From Mobula hypostoma (taxonomy: Eukaryota), in the NCBI RefSeq assembly GCF_963921235.1, contig NC_086097.1, positions 253,272,001-253,336,000 on the forward strand: a stretch of DNA of 64,000 bases, in the 5' to 3' direction. This document shows, in pieces, positions 11,401-24,400 of the stretch; position 1 is the stretch's first letter; every line of letters starts with the position of its first letter. Both the position numbers and the translations under genes were made by a program. The notes below the pieces were generated by a model. That model did no database searches and was not told where the DNA came from. It saw nothing but the letters and a program-made list of their open reading frames with translations.

Positions 11401-13822
11401 GCTTCTTTAGGTATGTGAAAAGGAAAAAAAATAGTTGAGACCAAAATTGGGCCCTTGAAGACAGAAACGGGTGAATTTATTATGAGGAACAAGGAAATGG
11501 CAGACGAGTTGAACAGGTACTTTGGATCTGTCTTCACTAGGGAAGACACAAACCATCTCCCAGCTATAATGGTGGCCAAAGGACCTAGGGTAATGGATGA
11601 ACTGAAGGAAATTTATATTAGGCAGGAAATGGTGTTGAATAGACTGTTGGGTCTGAAGGCTGATAAGTCCCTGGGACCTGATGGTCTGCATCCCAGGGTA
11701 CTTAAGGAGGTGGCTTTAGAAATCGTGGATGCATTGGTAATCATTTTCCAATGTTCTATAGATTCAGGATCAGTTCCTGTGGATTGGAGGGTGGCTAATG
11801 TTGTCCCTCTCTCCAAGAAGGGAGGAAGAGAGAAAACAGGGAATTATAGAGGGGTTAGCCAAACATCGGTGGTGGGGAAAAATGCTGGAGTCAATTATAA
11901 AAGATGAAATTACGACACATCTGGATAGCAACCAGATCAGTCTAACAGGATCAATCTAAGTCAGCATGGATTTACGAAGGGGAAATTGTGCTTGACTAAT
12001 CTTATGGAAAATTTTGAGGATGTAACTATGAAAATGGACAAGGGAGAGCCAGTGGATGTAGTGTACCTGGACTTTCAGAAAGCCTTTGATAAAGTCCCAC
12101 ATAGGGGATTAGTGGGCAAAATCATAGCACATGGTATTGAGGGCAGAGTACTGACATGGATTGAAAATTGGCTGGCTGACAGAAAACAGAGTAGCAAATT
12201 ATGGGTCCCTTTCGGAATGGCAGGCGGTGACCAGTGGGGTACCGCAGGGTTCAGTGCTGGGACCGCAGCTGTTTACAATATATATTAATGATTTAGATGA
12301 GGGAAGTAAAAGTAACATTAGCAAATTTGCCGATGACACAAAGCTGGGTGGCAGTGTGAAATGTGAGGAGGATGTTATGAGAATGCAGGGTGACTTGGAC
12401 AGGCTGGGTGGGTGGGCAGATGCATGGCAGGTGTGGATAAATGTGAGGTTATCCACTTTGTGGTAAGAACAGGAAGGCAGGTTATTATCTAAATGGAGTC
12501 AAGCTAGGAAAAGGGGAAGCACAATGAGATCTAGGTGTTCTTGTACATCAGTCACTGAAAGTAAGCATGCAGGTACAGCAGGCAGTGAAGAAAGCTAATG
12601 GCATGCTGGCCTTCATAACAAGGGGAATTGAGTATAAGAGCAAAGAGGTCCTTCTGCAGTTGTACAGGGCCCTGGTGAGACCACACCTGGAGTATTGTGT
12701 GCAGTTTTGGTCTCTAAATTTGAGGAAGGACATTCTTGCTATTGAGGGAGTGTAGCGTAGGTTCATAAGGTTAGTTCCCAGGATGGCAGGACTGTCATAT
12801 GTCAAAAGATTGGAGTGACTGGGCTTGTATACTCTAGAATTTAGAAGGCTGAGAGGGGATCTTATTGAAACAAAGAAGATTATTAAGGGATTAGACACAC
12901 TGGAGGCAGGAAGCATGTTCCTGCTGATGGGTGAGTCCAGAACCAGAGGTCACAGTTTAAGAATTAGGGGTAGGCCATTTAGAACAGATGAGGAAAAACT
13001 TTTTCACCTAGAGAGTGGTGGACATATGGAATGCTCTGCCCCAGAAGGCTGTGGAGGCCAAGTCTCTGGATGCTTTCAAGAAAGAGATGGATAGAGCTCT
13101 TGAAGATCGCAGAATCAAAGGTTATGGGGATAAGGCAGGAACTGGATACTGATTGTGGATGATCAGCCATGATCACAGTGAATGGTGGTGCTGGCTTGAA
13201 GGGCCGAATGGTCTACTCCTGCACCTATTGTCTATTGAGTCCCGGCTTGTCTTAGGATAAGTCCCAGCTCTATGTTTAGGTTCTGTCCTGTCTCGTGCTA
13301 GTGTCATGTTAAAGATGAGTCCCGGCTTGTGGAAGGATAAGTTCCGGCTCTATGTTGATGTCAGTTCTCAGTCTGTCTCTGAGCTCCAAGAACCCAAGCC
13401 TCGAGGATCCCGCAGCCGAGCTCCAAGAACCCAAGCCTGAAGGCCCCTGCCTGCAGCCAAGCTCATGACCCAAGACTCAAGCCTCAAGAGCAAAGACCCC
13501 AGCCTGTCTCCAAGCCCAGCCCTCTAACCCCCAGCCATGTCCTGTCCTGAAGCCATGTCATGTCCTTGCCTGGTTCTGGGGTCCAAGCCCGAGGCAAGAC
13601 CCAGGTTCTGGGTCCTTGTCCAATCTTGGGCTCGGAGTCGAAGCCTTGTCTCCTAGTCCATGGTTTCCAGTCCTGGTCCCGCTTTCCTTAGCCCAAGTCT
13701 GCATTCTTATCCCTGCTCCTGGTCTGAATCCTGTCATGTCCTTACCCTAGTCAAGTCCTGTTCCTTGTACTTCACTGTCTGTGTCTCGCATCTGGGTCCG
13801 TTCCCAGTGCCCCATTGTGACC
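8463..13822. mobile_element. Probable solo LTR (about 8463-9094 plus 13238-13822) split by a full-length CR1
   Basis: Starts TGTCATGG and ends TTGTGAC(C); ctcag duplicated at 8458-8462 and 13823-13827; the minisatellite continues on both sides. Confidence 0.65.
9095..13237 (+). mobile_element. Near full-length CR1 LINE, inactivated (ORF1 with Zn-finger-like and SGNH esterase domains; ORF2 APE-RT)
   Basis: ORF1 CAACMMWE, VVGDSIVRG, CLPGA, HVGTND, DGLHLN (about 9286-10170); ORF2 YMNARSIRNK, YRPPN, MGDFN, GSDHN, YLDFQKAFDKV, KFADD; 3' gggccgaatggtctactcc...ctattgtctattg; multiple stops and frameshifts. Confidence 0.92.
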
Positions 13823-14101
13823 CTCAGGTTCAATGACTAGCCCTCCGTTTCAATGCCCTCTGTCAAAAGACATTGTGTTTCATTTCAGTCCTAATTGGTC
13901 AACTCCTCATTTGTCACCTTTGGTCCTAGACTGCTTACCCAGAAAAATATCCTGCTCTCGGACACAACAGTACAGCACAAGAACAGGCACTTCTGCCCAC
14001 AATGTTGTGCTGAAACAATTAAATTAGTCATCAAATGGCCAACTAAATAATCTGTCTGCCTACACAATGTCCATATCCCTCCATTTTACTCACATTCATG
14101 T

Positions 14102-14412
14102 GTCCAGAACGAGGGGCCACAGTTTGAGGATAGAGGGGAAGCCTTTTAGGACTGAGATTAGGAAAAACTTCTTCACACACAGAGTGGTGAATCTGTGGAA
14201 TTCTCTGCCACAGGAAACAGTTGAGGCCAGTTCATTGGCTATGTTTAAGAGGGAGTTAGATATGGCCCTTGTGGCTAGAGGGATTGGGGGTATGGAGGGA
14301 AGGCTGGGGTGGGGTTCTGAGTTGGATGATCAGCCATGATCATAATAAATGGCGGTGCAGGCTCGAAGGGCTGAATGGCCTACTCCTGCACCTATTTTCT
14401 ATGTTTCTATGT
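14102..14412 (+). mobile_element. CR1 3' fragment of the same young subfamily as 30492-33372, nested in an opposite-strand CR1 tail
   Basis: Close match to 33062-33372 including the ttctatgtttctatg tail. Confidence 0.85.
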
Positions 14413-15165
14413 CTATCTAAACATAGAAGTCCCTAATACATCCGCCTTTACCATAATAAAAGTCCGTAATACATCTGCCTCTACCACCACCTCAAGCAGC
14501 TCATTCTGGGCACCCACCACCCTCTGAGTGAAAAACCTACCCCTTACACCTCTTTACATCTGAGTGAAAAACCTACCCCTCACATCCCCTTTGAAAATCC
14601 CCCCTCTCGCTTTAAATGCACGCCCTTTGGTATTAGGCATTTCAACCCTGGAAAAGGGGGAAAAAAAGATCCTCCGTCCACCCCACCCTTTGAAGCCCTC
14701 AACAGTATTTAAGAGTAATGTTTGGCTTTATTTGGCACACGTACACATGTTCATTGCTATATTACCGTCCGGAGCTGAATCATGGACCACCGACAGTAGA
14801 CAGGCCAAAGAGGGAGAACAAAATAATCTCAGTACTTGGCTGAGTGCAGACCAGCTTTTCAATTAGATTTACACAATAATCCCAGGAAAAGACAAACAGT
14901 GAAATTAAATATTTAATGATAAAGCAATAGTGAGAATATAAACCAATAAAGAATCTATTTAAGGCAGATTATCAGAAAAGACTGGAGTGAATTTGGCCGA
15001 ATTCTATGAAACTCCAAACATTATGATGTAATGTGAGGTAGATAATGAAAAACGTATCTCCACTCTTGGTACAAAAAGTAGTAAACATATTAACATTTCA
15101 GAACAATTACAACTCGGGAATGTCTGATATTGTTCGATTATCGTTTAAAACCCTGTACAACTCAA

Positions 15166-15725
15166 CATAATCACAGAAGATTCTGCAGATGCTGGAAATC
15201 CAGAGCAACACACACAGAATGCAGGAGGAACTCAGCAGGTCAGGCAGCGTCTCGTCACCATCACGATGAGCCGTGTTCTATGACGTGAGCAATCGTGCTC
15301 TGTCCATGACCATGATCGTTCTTGCCAAATTTTACTACAGAAGTGGTTTGCCATTGCCGCCTTCTGGGCAGTGTCTTTACGAGACGGGTGACCCCAGCCA
15401 TTATCAATACTCCTCAGAGATTGTCTGCCTGTCATAACCAGGACTTGTGATCTGCACCAGCTGCTCATATGACCATCCACCACCTGCTCCCGTGACCCTG
15501 ATCGAGGGGGGGAGGGCTGAGCAGGTGCTGCACCTTATCCAACGGTGACCTGCAGGCAAGCAGAGGGAAGGAGCATCTTACACCTGTTTTGGAAGAGACA
15601 TATGCACCCTGCCACCCACAACAATGCTTGCTGATGAATGGTCTTAGCCTGAAAAGTCGACTCTTTATTCCTCTCCATAGATGTTCCCTGCCCTGCTGAG
15701 TTCCTCCAACGTTGCGTGTGTGTTA
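15166..15725. mobile_element. Older Penelope-derived inverted repeat, split by an RTE-tailed SINE-like element (about 15255-15615, minus strand)
   Basis: Left arm ctgcagatgctggaaatcc...cagcaggtcaggcagc; right arm ctgatga...gaaaagtcgac...cctgctgagttcctcc; the inner element matches 28168-28545. Confidence 0.7.
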
Positions 15726-18195
15726 ATCTAAACATATTAATATTCAGAACAATTGGGGAATGTCTGATATTGTTCGATTGTCGTTTTAAACCCTGTACAA
15801 CTCAAATATTACTTTCCAAAAATATTAGAAATTGCACAAAATTGAGTGCATACAAAGATTCATACATTATTCTTTATATATTTAGTGTAATTGTTAACTT
15901 CCGATTTCCGCACATTAAAGTTTTGTTTAAATACGTTAAGTATATACAGTACAACATACGGAACAACAGTGCATTAAAGCTAACGTGCATTTTTATACAT
16001 ATGGTCCGCGCTTGAGTACTTCCCAGTTTCCCTGTAGTCGGATTGTGCAATCCAGGCAATATACAGTTTACAATGCTGTCCTTTGGACATTTACCAAGCA
16101 AGTGGTGACTGAACCGAGCAAGTCCTTATATGCCAGACAGGAGCCGAGTTGTTCATATCCTGGTACAATAGCGTTTGTGAGGTCGCGAGTCCTCTGAATG
16201 TCTTCCCATTGCGAATGCCGGCGGAAGGTAAGTATTTGCCGATTTACAAGCTAAATTTGCAAATACTGTGCTGTTTGCAAGTGGCGAAGCGCCGCCAATT
16301 GCATTGTGATTCGTTCGCTGATCGTGAACATCAAATACACCTTAGCCATTTTGACTTTGACACCTCCCGTCACGGTTTTTAATCACTCCGGGCACCTTAA
16401 AATCCTTTCTCGGTATAACTACAATCTGCTGAAGTCCCTCTTTTTCTTTGGCTGACTGTTCTTTCGGGGTGGTAATCTTATCGGAATGTCAGAGGTAACA
16501 AGTTCTCTTTAAAACAAGAATCTAGATGGTCGTGAGAGTGTGAATGAGCTTCCAGCGCCGGTGGTGCACGCCAGCTCGATTTCAGCCTTTCCGCGTTTGG
16601 ATAGGTACATAGATGGTAGGGCTGTGAGGGGCGATGGTCCCAGTTCAGGTCATTAGGACTAAGCACGGGCTAGACGGGCTGAATGGCCTGTTTCGGTGCT
16701 GCAGTTCTATGACTCTGATTCGATAAAATGGATGGGAGCCGTTCGCTCTCTTGATTGTGTCGGGCGGGGTGGGGAAACGTGGGGCTGGTGATTTGATACA
16801 TTACCGCCATCTATACAGTATATTAATCGAGATCGACGGATAATTGTGGAAGGGGAAAAGACTCGATTATAGCCTCGCTTAGAAGTCACAGAGTCGTCGA
16901 GCATTACAGCGTAGAGACGGGCCCTTCGGCCCATCTAGTCCATGCCGAATTGTTATCCTGCCTACTCCCATCGACCTGCACGCGGACCATAGTCCTCCAT
17001 ACCATCCCATCAAAGTTTCTATCCAAACTTCTCAAACATTGAAATCGAACCCACAAACACCACTTCCGCTGGCAGCTAGCACCGCCCTCTGAGTGAAGTT
17101 GCCTCTCATGTTCCCTTAAACATTTCATCTTTTACCCTTAACCCATGAGCCCTGGTTCTCAGTGATCTGACATGGTTCGGTTTGAACAGGTGTCCATTGT
17201 GTGTACACAGTGATCATCGGCAGCGATGGACCTGTGCGCAATCTCCCTCGACCTGACCGTAATGATGTAATAGTGGTGGCTGTGTCCTCTCTCCGTTTGT
17301 CAAGTCTGCTCTGGTGGAATATTGGCCAGGCGTATCTTGTGGATTGACAATGGCCATCCCAAAAAGGGGTTGGGGTGAGTCTCATACACTGACGGGTAAG
17401 GACCATAAATCCGTAACATCATATGACGTAGGAGCAGAATGAGGCAATTCGGCCCATCGAGTCTGCTCCACCACTCCATCATGGCTAATTTATTATCCCC
17501 CTCAACACCACTCTCCTGCCTTCTCCTTGTAACCTTTGACGCCCTGACTAATGGAGAACCGATCAACCTCCGCTTTAGAAATACCCAATGACTCGTCCTC
17601 CACAACCGCCTGTAGCAATGAATTTCATAGATTCACCACTCTCCCGCTAAAGAAATTCCTCATCTGTTTTGAACAGACATGCGCTATTCTGAGCTTGTAA
17701 CCTAGACCACCCCCCCCCCTTCACTAACCTCCTCACGGCCACTCAAAATTCGATAGGTTTCAATGAGATTTCCTCATGCTTCTGAACATCATGAGGGCCC
17801 ACAGCCATCAAATACTCCTCATGTGTTAACCCTTAACCGGTAAAGTGGAGGATGTCTCCTTGTGATGTCTGGGGGTCGTTGCTGAACAATGGAGACATGT
17901 GGGCACATGAATGCCTCTTCCCCGACGGTTTCTGTGATCGACGTTATACAGTGAATAACATCCCCACGGGTTAACGTTTCGCTTAAATTTGAAGCAAACT
18001 CTCCCGCTGTCCCTACGGGCGGTAACCGAACGCGAGCCTCTCATTGCTGGTGACGTGGCCCCTTGCGCATTGTGATCATATTAGTTAGATATCGTTTAAC
18101 GGGTAAACTGTAGGTAGTGTGTTAAAATATCGGTGTCATAGCAACTACATGATGTGTACGAATAAATTATAGAGAACATTCTAGGTCTGTGACTG

Positions 18196-18318
18196 TCTCC
18201 CCCTTCTCTTTCACCTCTTCTCTCTCTTCCTTTCTCGCTCTCTCTCTCTCTCGCTCTTCCTCTCTCTTCCTCCCTCTCTCCCTCTCTCTCTCCCTCTCTC
18301 GCTCTTCCTCTCTCCCCC
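18196..18318. repeat. CT/GA-rich microsatellite in the presumed GDF 3' UTR
   Basis: Run of tc dinucleotides 170-300 bp past the stop codon. Confidence 0.85.
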
Positions 18319-18489
18319 GTCTGTCCCACACTTGCCCCCGTGGATAATGTTGCGGGGCCCTCCAGTGAGAAACGCAGCTAGTTGAACACAAGTAAAACAA
18401 CGTGCATCGTCCTCGGACGGACCAACCCTACCACGTCCTCAAGTATGTACTCAGTATTCTGGCTGCCCCCGTAAAGTGGGGACGAAACG

Positions 18490-19373
18490 CTACCTGCACC
18501 CACACGATTCCACCACCATGTCCTCGTACTGTTTATAGACAACGTTGTTACCCGCGTCGATGTACAGAATACTGATAGGGCTCAGCTTGGTGGGCACGCA
18601 GCAGCTCGGCGGAGTGGAGTTGGGGTCCATCGAGTTCATGAGGGTTTGGATGATGGCGTGGTTCGTGGGTTCCAGATGAGATCGGAGAGGGAAGTCGCAT
18701 ACCCCTTCGCAGTGGTACGCTTCGTAGTCCAGGGGTGCGATGATCCAGTCGTCCCAACCCAGCTCTTTGAAGTTCACGTGCAAAGGCTTCCTACTGCAGC
18801 GAGACTTGGACCTCTTCCCGTGTCTCTTCCCGTGACGATTGGCAAAGGCTGTCCTCCTCTTCCTCCGGCCTTTGAACAGCAGTCTGCCCCCCTCGTCCGA
18901 ACCGTCCGAGGATTTCCTTTCCTGCTTCATCTCGCTGAAAAGGTTCTCTTTTTTCCGAGTTCGGGTAAAAACGACCAGAACCGCCCTTTCTTGGAGCGGC
19001 CGCCCGAACCGCCCAAGTCCTACCTGCCTCAGATCAATCTCAAACCTGCTTTTACATGATGTCACCTTAATTTCGAAGCAGAGTTGGGCGGGGTGCGGGA
19101 GCGTAAAGACCTCCCAAACGTCAAAAACTTCCCATGCTCGTTTGTTTGAGTGGTACATGTCAAGTCTCCTCGACTCCAGTAACTTGGGCGAGCTTCCCCG
19201 GGTGAAACACGAGTAGAGCTCAATGTCATACAGGCCTGGCGGCGTCTTTCCCGAATCCTCTGCCGGTTTCCTCAGAATCCTCAGCTCGGCCCCGACCAGT
19301 TCCTCCTTGTCCGACAACGTAGCTACGTCGAATAGATAGTTCTGCTTTTTGAAATGCGGGTGTGAGGACTCGT
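18490..19373 (-). CDS. gdf6: GDF6-like growth/differentiation factor, coding exon 2 (rest of prodomain, furin site, mature cystine-knot domain)
   Basis: Polypyrimidine acceptor ...tctccttttccttgcag|AC at 19374/19373, in frame with exon 1 (G+AC=Asp; 343+884=1227 nt, 408 aa). [21 protein letters not shown] motif; RRKRR cleavage site at 18867-18853; 120-aa mature domain with 7 Cys ending [12 protein letters not shown] stop at 18492-18490. Confidence 0.95.
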
Positions 19374-20865
19374 CTGCAAGGAAAAGGAGAGATGGAGATA
19401 TCAGACAGTTGTAAAAGCACTAAAGATTACGAGCTGGCAGGTGACAGGTGAGAGCAGATGAGGCTGCGGAATAAAGTGTCGACGTTTCGGGCAGAGACCC
19501 TGCATCAGCGTCTCCCCTGCCTTTCCGGCCCTGAGGAAATCTCGGCCCGAAACGTTCACTTCCGTAGATGCCGCCTGGCTTGCTGAGAGTGTGCATCAGA
19601 AAGATGGTAACGACGCGGATTAGCTGCTTGGAAATCAAGAGAAAACCCTTTCTGCACATTATATAGGCGAGTTGGACAAGTAGATTCGGGAACTTTGCTT
19701 ACATATATAATTAGAAGTTCCATTATTATATAATATACAATATACTTTGCATATAATATGACCATAAGACCTAAAAGCAGCATGAGGCCATTCAGCCCAT
19801 CGAGTCTGCTCCACCATTCTATCATGGCTGATTTATTATCCCTCTCAACCCCATTCTACTGCCTTCTCCCCGTAACATTTGACATCCTTGCTAACCAAGA
19901 ACCTATCAAGCAACACACGCAAAATGCTGGAGGAACTCAGCAGGCCAGGCAGCACCTATCGAAAAAAAAAGTCGACGTTTCGGGCCGAGGCGAAAGGCAT
20001 TTTTCCATGGATGCTGCCTGGCCTGCTGAGTTCCTCCAGCATTTTGCGTGTGTTGCCTACACCTTTCTATATTCGATAGGTTTAAATGAGATTCCTCCCT
20101 CTCTCCCCATTCTTCTAAACCGCAGCGAGTACAGGCCCAAAGCCATCAAACGCTCCTCACACGTTAACACTTTAATTTCCAGAACATTCTCGTGAATACA
20201 TTGCATGTGGAGTATAATGGAAAGTTCTATTTATATAGGACGAATGCTAAATAAAATTACTGATATGTTATAGACAGAAGTTAAACCTCCTTCCAAGCCC
20301 ATGAAATAAAATTCTCCGCACATTTTCACGACATGTGTCGGTGATAATGCGCGCTGTGGTAGCCCAGCGGTTAGCTCGCTACTGGCTGTTTGACGTACCT
20401 TGTCAGCTATTCTAAAGATTTATGTATGATGTATCCTCGTAGTAAACTCAGCAAAAATTGAGCATGTTATTGAGACGGCTAATAACTTTGGCTCTCAGAG
20501 GAAAGAAAATCTGTTTAATGTCCAGCTATCCACACCACGGCCCCGCCTCTCCACTTGTTCTGAAGGAAGCCAGTTTAACCGCCGGAAAATCTGTCGCTCC
20601 CTCGTGTTAACTGTGATTATTGAAGAGATAGGCACCATTCGCACCGTACTCAACGCGTCAAACGTTTACGCACATCGAACAGTAGAGGCTCTTCGGCCCA
20701 CAATGCCGTGCTGACCCGTTAAGATTAACCCAACCCTTCCCTCTCACATATCCCTCCATTCTTCTATCATCCGTGTACCTATATAACTAAGAGTTCATAA
20801 TTGTTCCTAATGTGTCTGCCTCTACCACCATTGTTCCACACACCCACCACTCTCTGCGTTAAAAC

Positions 20866-21499
20866 TTGCCGCCAACGCTATGCTCCCTCGTATTAGCGAA
20901 AGGACGGGCAAAGGAAGTCACCCAAAGGAACGGAGATACAAACCACTTGAGATTTAGGGTGTGTGAGTTGTCCAGGGAGAAGGGGCTGGTCGTGTCCACT
21001 CCGGGGCAGCTCACTCACCGTCGGTCCCCACCGGACACTCAGCCCTCACCTGTTGTTCCAAGCAGTTGTTTGCAAGTGACAGTGGCCGCCCCCGAGACAG
21101 GCAAGCTACACCAGGCGAGGGAGGGCAGCCGGCGGGATACGGTCATGTCCGGTCGGTTCCGGCGGACCGGGCGGATGAGATCTACAGAGAGCGCCAACGA
21201 CCAGGATCGTGGTTCTTCGTGGAGAGCGAAGGGCAGGACAAGGTAAGGAAGAAGTCATGGCCATCCGCTGCAACCAAGGAAGACCCCGGTTGTTACGACT
21301 GCTCGCACCACTGGACCCGGACTTCCGAAATCGACAGAGTGGAGTCGTCCTGTGCAACAGCTTTTCCACTTTAAAGCTCTCCCGCGCGGGTCGGGTCTCC
21401 TGTCATTGTCGGGCATATTACTTTCATGAACTCACATATTTTGGCGGCACAAATTTATCTTACTCGGGCACCTTTATTTATATTTAAAATGTTGTTACA
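20866..21499. mobile_element. Possible LTR remnant
   Basis: CpG-rich non-coding block ending TGTTACA; no matching 5' TG end or TSD found. Confidence 0.3.
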
Positions 21500-24400
21500 A
21501 CACGAATTGGCGCTGCGAGTATTAGACATCCCAATTCCAAAACACCTTCAGTCAACTGAGAGGCATTAAGACCACGAGGGCTTCACCAGAGCTGCACACA
21601 CAAAATACTGGAAGAACTCAGCAGGTCAGACAGCATCAAAGGCGAGAAATAAACAGTCGATATTTTCGGGCCGAGACCCTTCATTTAGGTAGGACCGAGT
21701 CCTGACCTGCTGAGTTCCTCCAGCATTTTGTGTGTGTGTTGCTCTGGATTTCCAGCATCTGCAGAATCTCTTGTATTTATCACGAGAGGTGTCACAATTT
21801 CCAATTGAGCTATAGGATCAAATAAAACTGGAATTTAAATATAGTTTTGAGTTTATAGGAGATATGTAATGTTGCAATGGATAGACTTTCAGAATATCTG
21901 CCTTCACATTTAATAGATGACATGCTTTTTTGCCATACCTACCAAGATTTCTGCGTATTCAACTTCACCGAAATAATACCGCGTTCTTAAAGTAGGCGTC
22001 ATTTACCCGTTGTTGCTCTTGTTTCAGAGTTTTCATTTTCCCCAGTCTGCTCTGAGGAGCATCTTCTTAAAGAAAATGCAGCGGTTTGATTGTCTGCCAG
22101 AAATGTATGATATCCTAATCTGGGCTGACCATTCAAATAATTATGTAACTAGCGCGCCTTTCTTTGCCTCGCACAAATTGCGTTTTGAATTACAGGTAGT
22201 CATCGAATCTGTTGTGGTAACCGGAGCTAAAGCTTTAAATCAGAAAGTATAAGAGAAATCACCAATCAGGATCAGCGGCTGCAGTACATTGCGGTACAGA
22301 ACAGTAAATTACAATAAGAAATAAATATATTCACAGAGAGAGGGAGAGCGCGCTAGGGTGCCTGAAATTTTTGCACAGTGCGTATTTGTCAACTATTAAT
22401 TTTAGTAAGTATATGTAACAATTAAATTAAATAGTTAGTGAAAAAAGAGAGCAAACAAAAGAAAAAATAGCGAAGTGAGGTAGCGTTCATGGGTTTATTG
22501 TCCATTCAGAAACCTGCTGGCTACTCAGGCTCCTGTATCTCCTCCTTGATGGTAGCAATGAGAAGGCGGCACGTCCTGGGTGATGGATGCCGTTTTTGAG
22601 GCATCTGCTTTTGAAGGTGTCCTCATTGCTGGGGAGGCTAGCGCCCACGATGGATCCGGCTGCGTTTACAACTTTCTGCAGCTTTTTTTTTTAGTTTCTG
22701 CAGGTAAATATATAGAAGCCAATGAGATGCGTGTGTCTGCAAACCTGTGTGATTCACATTTTACATTTGAAAGTAGAACACTAGCGCATCGAAACAGACC
22801 CTTCGGCCCAACTAGTCCATACCGAACTACTGACCTGCCTAGTCTAATCAGCCTGTACCCAGACCTTAGCCCTCCATACACTTCCCATATATGTACCTAT
22901 CCAAACTTCTCTTAAATGTTACAATCCAACCCGCATCCAGCACTTGTGCAGGCAGCTCGCTCCCCACTCTCACCACCCTCCGGGTAAAGACGCTCCCCCA
23001 CCAGGTTCCACCTTTCTCCCCTAACCCATGACCTCTAGCTGTAGCCTCACCCGACCCCCGTGGGAAAAGTCTGCCTGAGTCGGGTCAGTTCGCTCTGCTC
23101 GGGATATTCCAGTTAATCCGCATGGAACAATCCAGATATCGTTGCACAAGAGATTCTGCGGATGCTGGAAAACGAGGGTAACACACACAAGATGCTGGAA
23201 GAACTCAGCACGTCAGGCAGCATCTGTGGAAAGGAATAAAGAGTCGACGTTTCGGACCGACACCCTACATCGGGGTATTGTGTGCTCCACGGCCGCAGTG
23301 AGGCGCGCTGTTAACTCCAAGAAGAATAACAATGCCAACTACAATCCAAACCAAAAGATCAGTGTAAAGTCCCACCCCCACCCAATTTCAACTTCTGCTA
23401 AAATCAAATCCTCTGTGATTAAAGAACCAAGCAGTATTTTTTTTTTTGCTAGGCTTATTTAACAGTAGCGGGTGGAACAGGTCCTTCCAGCACAACGAAC
23501 CGCGCCGTCCAGCACCCTGCCAATTTAACACTAGCCTAGTCTCAGGGAAATTTACAATAAACGGCAGGTTCTTGGACTGTAGGAGGAATCCGGAGCACCA
23601 GGGGAATCCCGCGTGATCACGGCGAGAACATACAGTCTCCTTGCAGGATGTTTGGCTATCCAGGATGTGCGCTGGAAATGAAGATGATGTTTAGACCATG
23701 AGCCATTCGGCCCATCTAATGTGTTCTGCTATTCCATCACGGCTGACTTATTATCCCTCTCAACTCCATTCTCCTGCCTTCTCCCCATAACCTTTGACAC
23801 CCTGACTGATCAAAAACCCATCAACCTCTGCCTTAAATATACCCAATCACTTGGCCTCAACAACTGTCTGTGGCAATGAATTCCACAGAGTCACCACACT
23901 CTGGCAATTCCTCCTCATCTCTGTTCCAAAGAGATATCCGGCTGATCTGAGGCTGTGCCCTCTGGTCCTAGGCTCCGCACCGTACTTGAATGCAAAGTAA
24001 TACCCTGGATATTTATTCAATATAGATGCCACAGTTGTCTGGCTAATGCAACGTCTTGATCCACAGGCAGAAAAACTCGCCAACGCCTCTACTTCCGAAG
24101 GAGGCTGAGGAGAGCTGAACTTCGCACATCCATACTCACCTCATTGTATAGTTGCACAACAGAGAGCATCCTACCACGCTGCATGATTGCATGATATGGA
24201 AACTGCACTGCTGCAGACAGGAAGGCTTAACAACGAGTAGTCAAAACTGTCCAATGCATCATCAGCACTAGCCTACCCGCCGTCCAGGACACATATACTG
24301 AAAAGTGCTGGAAAAGGGCAATAACTGACCCTGCTGGTGGACTGTCTGTCACCCTCCCGTTACGGAGGAGGCTACATGGCATCCACCGCAGTAAAGCTGT

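Noticed and set aside
14880..18489. GDF polyadenylation site
   Set aside because: The minus-strand AATAAA hits I noticed fall inside repeats and the ATTAAA variants (about 16378, 14912) cannot be ranked without transcript data.
18490..19317. Stand-alone 275-aa gene as given by the ORF track
   Set aside because: The start is a TTG inside exon 2; there is no signal peptide and the real frame extends to the acceptor at 19373.
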